A stretch of 64,000 bases of DNA from Deltaproteobacteria bacterium (GTDB taxonomy: Bacteria > Desulfobacterota > Desulfuromonadia > Geobacterales > Pseudopelobacteraceae): the NCBI GenBank assembly GCA_021779135.1, contig JAJYBH010000002.1:15423-79422 (forward strand). Reading direction: 5' to 3'. Positions 55,086 to 61,479 of this stretch are shown here, one piece after another; within the stretch, counting starts at the first letter, position 1, and each line of letters starts with the position of its first letter. The notes beneath the pieces were generated by a model. That model worked only from the letters and a program-made list of their open reading frames with translations, ran no database searches and had not been told where the DNA came from. A program made the translations under genes and the position numbers.

Positions 55086-55149
55086 GGATAAACTGGATAA
55101 GTGCGTTAACGAAGTATTTCCTGCAAAAAACGCAGAAAATACTTCTAAC
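55086..55149 (-). promoter_or_regulatory. Leader stem-loop motif copy B
   Basis: The minus strand reads GUUAGAAGUAUUUUCUGC-GUUUUUU-GCAGGAAAUACUUCGUUAACGCACUUAUCCAGUUUAUCC. The helix is 14 bp with one G-U pair. Confidence 0.6.
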
Positions 55150-55152
55150 GTA

Positions 55153-55386
55153 CTAATGTCCGCCGCAGCCGCTGCCGCAACCGCCGCCGCAGCCGGGCTT
55201 GACGATATCGGCGGCCTTGGGCTTGTCGCACAGTTTCAGGGAGGATCGGTCGATGTACCAGGCCTCGTCCACCTGTTTTCCTTCCAGCTCTTTTTTCTTG
55301 AGCATCATCAGCACGCGCATCTCGGTGGTTTCCAGCAGATGGGCCGCCTCGGCAATCGGCAGAAAAGAAGTTCCGGCCTCACACAT
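55153..55386 (-). CDS. 77-aa excisionase/MerR-type HTH protein with a Cys/Gly tail (CGGGCGSGCGGH)
   Basis: RBS GGAGGA overlaps the nifV stop. The HTH-like segment is IAEAAHLLETTEMRVLMMLKKKELEGKQVDEAWYI. The tail resembles the FmdB-family Cys/Gly tail. Confidence 0.6.
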   Translation of the reverse strand: MCEAGTSFLPIAEAAHLLETTEMRVLMMLKKKELEGKQVDEAWYIDRSSLKLCDKPKAADIVKPGCGGGCGSGCGGH

Positions 55387-55397
55387 GGTCTTCCTCC

Positions 55398-56543
55398 TCA
55401 GGCTGCCTTCGGCAGCGATTCATTTTCAAGATAGATGCCCATCAGTTCGCAGTTGGAAAGGTCACGCTTGCGCTTGCAGGACAGGGCCCGCGTCCGTTCA
55501 AGCATCGGTTCCGCCCGCTTACGGTCGATGGAAATTCCCATGCTGCGGTAGCGTTCAATCAGTCCGCTGGTCCCGGAGTGCTTGCCGACCACGATGCTGC
55601 GGGTCAGCCCCACTTCTGCCGGGTCAAAGCCCTCGTAGTTGTTGGGGTCCTTGATGACGCCATCGGCGTGCAGGCCGGATTCGTGGGCAAAGACCCGTGA
55701 GCCGACCACCGGTTTGGAGACGGATAGCGGGCGGTGGGAGGCCTTGGCCACGAAGAGCGACATCTCGCGGAAGCGGTGGGTGTCGATGCCGGTTTCGATG
55801 CCGCAGGCATGCTTGAGCCCCATGATGACCTCTTCCAAGGCGGCATTGCCGGCCCGCTCACCCAGTCCGTTGATCGTGGTGTTGACAAACCTGGCCCCGG
55901 CCCGGATACCGGCAATGGCATTGGCGGTGGCCATCCCCAGGTCATTGTGGGTATGCACTTCGATCTCGACCTCGGGCACCGCCGTGCGCAGGAAAGAGAC
56001 CTTGTCGTACATCCCGAAGGGGTCCATGATTCCCAGCGTATCACAGAAGCGGAAGCGGTCGCCCCCCATGGCGCGGGTGATCTCCATCAGTTCCACCAGA
56101 AAGCCCATGTCCGCCCGGCTGGCGTCCTCGCCCCCCACCGAGACGTACAGGCCGTGCTGCTTGGCAAAGCCGAGCGCCACTTTCAACTGCTCTTTGACGG
56201 CCTCGCGGTCCTTGCGCAATTTATGGGCAATCATCTGATCGGAAACCGAAAGCGAGATATCCACCGCCTGCACGCCGCAGGCGATGCTGGCCTTAATCTC
56301 CGGCACCAGGGCCCGGTTCCAGGTAATCAGGCGGGCATTCAGCCCGAGATCGACCAAGGCCCTGATGCTGGCCCGCTCCTCTTCGCCCATGGCCGGAATG
56401 CCGCACTCGATCTCCTGTACGCCGATGCTGTCCAGCATGCGGGCGATGGCCGTTTTCTCCCGTTTGGAAAAGACCACCCCGGCTGTCTGTTCGCCGTCCC
56501 TGAGGGTTGTGTCGTCGATAATAATGTCGGTAATTGCTGTCAT
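55398..56543 (-). CDS. nifV: Homocitrate synthase
   Basis: Start moved to ATG 56543 ([19 protein letters not shown]; RBS GGAAAGGAG). It has HTHNDLGMATAN. It is a LeuA-family enzyme without the LeuA regulatory domain, and it sits in a nif context. Confidence 0.8.
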   Translation of the reverse strand: MTAITDIIIDDTTLRDGEQTAGVVFSKREKTAIARMLDSIGVQEIECGIPAMGEEERASIRALVDLGLNARLITWNRALVPEIKASIACGVQAVDISLSVSDQMIAHKLRKDREAVKEQLKVALGFAKQHGLYVSVGGEDASRADMGFLVELMEITRAMGGDRFRFCDTLGIMDPFGMYDKVSFLRTAVPEVEIEVHTHNDLGMATANAIAGIRAGARFVNTTINGLGERAGNAALEEVIMGLKHACGIETGIDTHRFREMSLFVAKASHRPLSVSKPVVGSRVFAHESGLHADGVIKDPNNYEGFDPAEVGLTRSIVVGKHSGTSGLIERYRSMGISIDRKRAEPMLERTRALSCKRKRDLSNCELMGIYLENESLPKAA

Positions 56544-56656
56544 GCTTGGCTCCTTTCCCTTATTCCAATTCCAGATCAAGGATGATATCAAGGCGGTGAG
56601 GATTGAGGCTGCGAGGCGTACATGACGTACGTTGAGCAGCCTGCCCTGACGAGTCA

Positions 56657-56690
56657 GAATAGTTCGTTCACGAATGTTTCACATTCTAAC
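56657..56690 (-). promoter_or_regulatory. Leader stem-loop motif copy D (diverged)
   Basis: The minus strand reads GUUAGAAUGU-GAA-ACAUUCGUGAACGAACUAUUC. Confidence 0.45.
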
Positions 56691-56737
56691 TCACTAAGAC
56701 GAGCCAACGAAGATAGGGCCTTGATATGGAATTGGTA

Positions 56738-57562
56738 TTACCCGCAACTTCCCATGGTGGCCAGTCCGTAGATGTATTCCGGGCGATAGGCCGGTTTGAC
56801 ACCGGAGTACATCAACACATTGCTGCCGGAGATATGCATCCGCCGCCGGTTGAAGAGCCGCAGGGCCGACCGGTTTGACGCCGGGGCATCCAGGAAAACC
56901 CTTGTTCCCAGAGAAATCGTGTGCAAGGCGTCCTTCAACAGGATATCCGCCGTGGCGTCGTCCGGCGCCGCGAACGGCCCGATCTGCCGTGCGTCTCCGC
57001 AGGGCTGAACCACGATGAAACCTGCATCCCGGCTTATCAATTCCCCGCGGCTGGCGGTTGCCGACAGCAGCGCGGCACGCCGGTCGCCCCAGGCCCGGCC
57101 ATCGATATCGTCCAGCACGGGGACCGGGTTGTCGCCCGGCGCTCCGGCTCCATGTTCGGCATGCCGCTGGCGGCCGGTGCCCTTCCAGCGGATTATCGTA
57201 TCAATACGGTTAAATCCGAATTTCTCGTACAGCGGCTGACCTGCCTTGGAGGCGGTCAGCCAGACCGTTTCCACCCCGGCTGCGCGCAGCGCATCACGGG
57301 CATTGGCAAACAGCTTTTCACCGATTCCCTGCCCCCGATGCTCTGGCGACACGATCAGATTGCCGATCCAGCCACTGCGCCCATGGCGCAGCGAGGTCAC
57401 GAATCCGGCCGTTCTTCCGTCAGCTGTGCGGGCAGCAAAGCACCCCTCGGAAAACTCGGCCAGCAGAAACTCCAGTTCCCAGGACTCCGCCACCCAGTTT
57501 TCCGCCTCAGCCAGCCTCAGGAAAGGGCCTATATCCTGCTTGCGGAAGGGATGGATCATCAT
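56738..57562 (-). CDS. Two-domain GNAT-family acetyltransferase
   Basis: Start moved to ATG 57562, which overlaps the nifB stop (ATGA). It has the GNAT motif HRGQGIGEKLF. Confidence 0.7.
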   Translation of the reverse strand: MMIHPFRKQDIGPFLRLAEAENWVAESWELEFLLAEFSEGCFAARTADGRTAGFVTSLRHGRSGWIGNLIVSPEHRGQGIGEKLFANARDALRAAGVETVWLTASKAGQPLYEKFGFNRIDTIIRWKGTGRQRHAEHGAGAPGDNPVPVLDDIDGRAWGDRRAALLSATASRGELISRDAGFIVVQPCGDARQIGPFAAPDDATADILLKDALHTISLGTRVFLDAPASNRSALRLFNRRRMHISGSNVLMYSGVKPAYRPEYIYGLATMGSCG

Positions 57563-58434
57563 GGCGTGGGACAGGCCGCTTCGGCAATGGTCATATTCAG
57601 GTCCTGCCCGATCAGGCCGATCGCATCGGCCCGGCACTGCTTGCAGTGGGCGAATTGGCCGATGATGCCTTCGTTGGCCTTGCGGAGTTCCGTCATGCGC
57701 TCCTCGCTGGGCGGCTCTATATTGGCGAAATCGGCCTGCGGGATGATCGGCATGATGTTCATGACAAAGGCCCCCAGCTCCTTGACCCGCTTGGCGATAC
57801 GCGGCAGCTGGTCGTCGTTGACGCCCGGCACCAGCACCGAATTGACCTTGATGGTCAACCCCAGCTCACCGGCGCGCTTCAACCCCTCGAACTGGTTGTC
57901 TATGAGTATCCTGGCACCCTCTGCCCCGGTGTAGTGTTTGCCGTGATAGATGACGTGGCGGTAGATCTGCGCCCCCACCTCGGGATCGATGGCATTGACG
58001 GTAACCGTCAGGCTGTGCAGGCCCAGTTCGTACAGGCGGTCGATCGATTCCGGCAGCAGCAGGCCGTTGGTGCTCAGGCAGAGCATCAGATGCGGGAATT
58101 CCTTCTTGACCATCTCGAAGGTCTGGAAGGTTTCCTCGTTGGCCAGCGGGTCTCCCGGTCCGGCGATGCCGATGACCTTGATGATCGGGCCGACCACCGG
58201 ACTGGCCATGACCTCGCGCACCTTTTCAATGGCCTCCTGCGGGGTCAGCAGGCGACTGGTCACGCCGGGGCGGGACTCATTGGCGCAGTCATGTTTGCGG
58301 GTGCAGTAGCCGCACTTGATGTTGCACCTGGGCGCTACCGCAAGGTGCATGCGACCGTTCTTCTTGTGGTTCCCGCCGAAGCAGGGATGCCCCTGGATCT
58401 TGTTCTTCATCTCGCAGGCAGTTGCCATATACAT
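57559..58434 (-). CDS. nifB: Radical-SAM FeMo-cofactor biosynthesis protein NifB (short form, no NifX-like domain)
   Basis: 291 aa with HLAVAPRCNIKCGYC (CxxxCxxC). Confidence 0.85.
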   Translation of the reverse strand: MYMATACEMKNKIQGHPCFGGNHKKNGRMHLAVAPRCNIKCGYCTRKHDCANESRPGVTSRLLTPQEAIEKVREVMASPVVGPIIKVIGIAGPGDPLANEETFQTFEMVKKEFPHLMLCLSTNGLLLPESIDRLYELGLHSLTVTVNAIDPEVGAQIYRHVIYHGKHYTGAEGARILIDNQFEGLKRAGELGLTIKVNSVLVPGVNDDQLPRIAKRVKELGAFVMNIMPIIPQADFANIEPPSEERMTELRKANEGIIGQFAHCKQCRADAIGLIGQDLNMTIAEAACPTP

Positions 58435-58459
58435 TCTCCTTCCGTAAGACCGTTGATGC

Positions 58460-58511
58460 GGGTAGGTGCGCTAACGAAGCCATTAGTGCCGAACAGTGTG
58501 GAATCTCTAAC
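58460..58511 (-). promoter_or_regulatory. Leader stem-loop motif copy C
   Basis: The minus strand reads GUUAGAGAUUCCAC...AUGGCUUCGUUAGCGCACCUACCC. The 3' flank matches copies A/B at 17 of 21 positions. Confidence 0.5.
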
Positions 58512-58518
58512 GGAAACT

Positions 58519-58557
58519 AAAAAGCCCGCTGGAAAATGATCCGCGGGCGCCGTTGCC
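58519..58557 (-). terminator. nifB leader terminator preceded by GGCAACGGCGCC
   Basis: The minus strand reads GGCAACGGCGCCCGCGGAUCAUUUUCCAGCGGGCUUUUU. Confidence 0.6.
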
Positions 58558-58571
58558 TACAGCAGGGTATA

Positions 58572-58587
58572 GGCATAATGTGTGCCA
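58572..58587 (-). promoter_or_regulatory. sigma54-type promoter for nifB
   Basis: The minus strand reads TGGCACACATTATGCC (GG-N10-GC). Confidence 0.65.
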
Positions 58588-58816
58588 GTTTGAATGAACA
58601 GCCCGCAAACCCCTTCAAACACAGGGCAGCCGGCCAACAATGAGAATCAGCATACCAGCGATTTCAAGAACATCCTGCTACTAAAAACGGATCATGGGCA
58701 GTTCGCTTTCGCGGATATGCACATTTTATCGGCATATATCCGGTCGGATTATTCCTTGCATGCGATCAACCCGCGTAGTTCCGTTGACCCGTACAATTCC
58801 AGGATCGGATGTGACC

Positions 58817-59725
58817 ATGTTCAACAGCTACAACCTCGATGAAATCCGTGATCGCGGCCGGGCGGCCTTTGTCGGCATGGCCATCGGCGATGCCCTGGGC
58901 GCCACGGTCGAGTTCATGACCGCCCCCGAGATTGCCGCAAAATACGGCATATTCCGGGATATCATCGGTGGCGGCTGGCTGAGGTTGAAGCCCGGCCAGG
59001 TGACTGACGATACCGAAATGGCGCTCTGCATCGCCCGGGCTATCGTCAAGAGCCAGGCCTGGTCGCTGGAAGCCATTGCCGCCAACTTCGCCGCCTGGCT
59101 CAAATCCCGCCCGGTGGATTGCGGCGATACCTGCCGCAAGGGTATCCGCTCCTACATGCTGCACGGCACCCTGGAAACCCCGCTAAATGAATGGGATGCC
59201 GGCAACGGCGCGGCCATGCGGATCCTCCCGGCCGTCCTTTTTTCATTGCCTGACGAACAGTTGCTTAAAAAATACGCAATTGAGCAGGCGCATATCACCC
59301 ACAACAACCCGGTCTCCGATGCCGCCTGCGTCTGCCTGGGACAGATGCTGCATCTGGCGATCTGCGGAGCCGAAAAGAGCCGGCTGCGACGGCAGGCCGA
59401 CGGATTGGTGGCCCGCTTTCCGACCTTCGCCTTCGAGCCGTATCGGGGGCTGGCCACCGGCTATGTGGTCGATACGATGCAGACCGTCTTCCACTGGTTT
59501 TTTCGGGGGAAAAGCTTCGAGGAGTGCCTGACCGGGACGGTCAATCAGGGGGCCGACGCCGACACGACCGGCGCGATCTGCGGGATGCTGGCCGGGGCCT
59601 ACTATGGTATGGATGGTATCCCGCGGCGCTGGATCAAGAAGATGGACAAAGCGGTTATTGCCGAAATTGAGCAGTTGGCAGACAAGCTGCTGGAGGCGTG
59701 CCCGCTAGGTGGGAACTACAGGTAG
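58817..59725 (+). CDS. draG: ADP-ribosyl-[dinitrogen reductase] glycohydrolase (DraG-like ARH family)
   Basis: Start moved to ATG 58817 (MFNSYNLDEIRDRGRAAFVGMAIGDALGATVEF). It also has DDTEMALC and GADADTTGAICG. Confidence 0.75.
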   Translation: MFNSYNLDEIRDRGRAAFVGMAIGDALGATVEFMTAPEIAAKYGIFRDIIGGGWLRLKPGQVTDDTEMALCIARAIVKSQAWSLEAIAANFAAWLKSRPVDCGDTCRKGIRSYMLHGTLETPLNEWDAGNGAAMRILPAVLFSLPDEQLLKKYAIEQAHITHNNPVSDAACVCLGQMLHLAICGAEKSRLRRQADGLVARFPTFAFEPYRGLATGYVVDTMQTVFHWFFRGKSFEECLTGTVNQGADADTTGAICGMLAGAYYGMDGIPRRWIKKMDKAVIAEIEQLADKLLEACPLGGNYR

Positions 59726-59843
59726 ATGGTTGAGCAGGAACTTTATTTTTTCTCGACGTGTTATGAGGCTGACCCGCCATCGGCGGGTCTTGCCGATGGG
59801 TATTCCGTTCTTTTTAGTGGATTTTTGGGTTGCAGGAGAGATC

Positions 59844-60197
59844 CTAAGCGGCACGCAACTTTTTTGTATGTGCTGTTGTGCGTGTTGTTTTGCCTTCCGC
59901 TTTTCTTGAGGACATTTCATTGACTAGTCGCAATTCCAAACGACAGCCGAGAGCATGAGCGTATTTTTCTAATGTCGCAATTGAAGGAGAATGTTTCCCG
60001 CGACCTGATTCAAGGCGGGCGACAGCAGACTGGGTAGTGCCGATGCGCTCTGCTACTTCAGCTTGTGTGACACCTGCGGCAGCGCGAGCTTTGAGGAATT
60101 CATCAAGAAATCGGAACTCTTCATCCAGTCCATCATATTCGGTTTTCACGTCTTCGCACTCAAGTGCACGCGCTTTAAGTTCTTTGTGAGTTAGCAT
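59844..60197 (-). CDS. XRE-family HTH antitoxin (HigA-like)
   Basis: AGVTQAEVAERIGTTQSAVARLE. It overlaps the upstream toxin gene by 23 nt. Confidence 0.7.
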   Translation of the reverse strand: MLTHKELKARALECEDVKTEYDGLDEEFRFLDEFLKARAAAGVTQAEVAERIGTTQSAVARLESGRGKHSPSIATLEKYAHALGCRLELRLVNEMSSRKAEGKTTRTTAHTKKLRAA

Positions 60198-60516
60198 TTT
60201 TGAACTCCTTCATTCTCCGCCGTGCTGTTTCAAGTTCTCTTGGCGGGGTTTTGTCTGACTTCTTGATAAACAGGTGCAGCACCACGATCTTCCGACCAAC
60301 TATTGTACAGCAGAAAACTCGTGCGATCCCCTCTGCAGATTTTAGACGCAATTCAAAAAGTCCGTCTCCCATAGCGCGTGTATGTGGCATGCCTAAGTCT
60401 GGACCATATATCTCAAACCTGTCGGAATACCGGAGGTAGCGGCCAAGAAAACCAGCGGGCATGGCAAGGATTTCTTCTTGAACTGATTTGTTGTAGTAGG
60501 TGATTGTCCAAGTCAT
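60175..60516 (-). CDS. RelE/HigB/Gp49-family toxin
   Basis: 113 aa; ...MGDGLFELRLKSAEGIARVFCCTIVGRKIVVLHLFIKKSDKTP. Confidence 0.7.
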   Translation of the reverse strand: MTWTITYYNKSVQEEILAMPAGFLGRYLRYSDRFEIYGPDLGMPHTRAMGDGLFELRLKSAEGIARVFCCTIVGRKIVVLHLFIKKSDKTPPRELETARRRMKEFKNANSQRT

Positions 60517-60786
60517 GGTGTCAGTATAGCGTATTTGCTATAATCAATCTATGGTTATTTTTCAGCCAATAGTTTGCAATGAAGACATTATCAGCCGCTG
60601 CCGGAGTCGATCATTGATGAACTGCGGATGCAGATCAAACGGGTAACCGCATCTGGTTTGACGTGATTACCATGACAATACTTTATGCGGAGGTTGGAGT
60701 GACAATCACATGCTGCTTCAAGCGGGGATTGTGGCAATGGGGGAAAATGTACCGGTCACTCCTAAACCTTACCCTCAACCTGGTTT

Positions 60787-61350
60787 CTAATTGCCTTTCA
60801 GGATCCCGTCCGCCACCTGGCGCAGGTTTTTGCGCATGTCCATGGCCATCTTCTGCATGGTGCGGTATGCCTCGGCTTCGGTGGTACGCTTCTTTTCCAT
60901 CAGAAGTCCCTTGGCCTTTTCAATGATCTTGCGGTTCTCGATGGTTTCACGCAGGTCTTCGATCTTTTCTTTCAGATCCTCTACCTGTTCAACATGGTGC
61001 AGGGCGAGCTCGATTGCCGGCAACAGATCCTGCTTGCGGAGCGGTTTGGTTAAAAAAGCGGCAATATCGCTTTCGGCTGCCCGTTTGGCAGTCGCGGGGT
61101 CATGTGCATTGGTCAGGAGCAAAACAGGGACCTTCAGTTTTTTCCTGATCTCGTTGGCAGCCGTTATGCCATCCATCTCCGGCATGGAGACATCCAGGAA
61201 TACCAGGTCGGGGTAACTGGCCAGGGCCATTTCCACGGCGCTTTTGCCATCACCGCACTCCAGAACATTTTCGAATCCGATCTCGGACAACATGGCTTTC
61301 AGGTTCATCCTGATAACCGGCTCATCGTCGCAGATCAATATACTTTTCAT
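60787..61350 (-). CDS. REC-ANTAR response regulator (GnfR-like antiterminator candidate)
   Basis: 187 aa with REC (ILICDDEP...FLDVSMPEMDG) and ANTAR (IEKAKGLLMEKKRTTEAEAYRTMQKMAMDMRKNL). Confidence 0.85.
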   Translation of the reverse strand: MKSILICDDEPVIRMNLKAMLSEIGFENVLECGDGKSAVEMALASYPDLVFLDVSMPEMDGITAANEIRKKLKVPVLLLTNAHDPATAKRAAESDIAAFLTKPLRKQDLLPAIELALHHVEQVEDLKEKIEDLRETIENRKIIEKAKGLLMEKKRTTEAEAYRTMQKMAMDMRKNLRQVADGILKGN

Positions 61351-61388
61351 CTTCCATTACCTCCGGCGGCTAGCGATTGCTGAAGTCT

Positions 61389-61404
61389 TGCATCGAACAT
61401 ACCA
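61389..61404 (-). promoter_or_regulatory. sigma54-type promoter for the ANTAR regulator gene
   Basis: The minus strand reads TGGTATGTTCGATGCA (GG-N10-GC), about 40 nt upstream of ATG 61350. Confidence 0.55.
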
Positions 61405-61413
61405 GTTGCAAGC

Positions 61414-61441
61414 AAAAGACCCCGGTTTGCATGCCGGGGCC
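61414..61441 (-). terminator. Intrinsic terminator after the FeS oxidoreductase gene
   Basis: The minus strand reads GGCCCCGGCAUGCAAACCGGGGUCUUUU. Confidence 0.7.
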
Positions 61442-61479
61442 TTCAAAATCTGAAAAAATTCCAATTCCGGGCTGTGCGG

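Noticed and set aside
56575-56592. The CTTGAT direct repeat in the nifV leader as another KdpE-type box.
   Set aside because: The spacing is 12 rather than 11 bp, there are only two hexamers, and the flanks do not match the kdp and kimA modules. It is better explained as the duplicated segment of the long-range inverted repeat.
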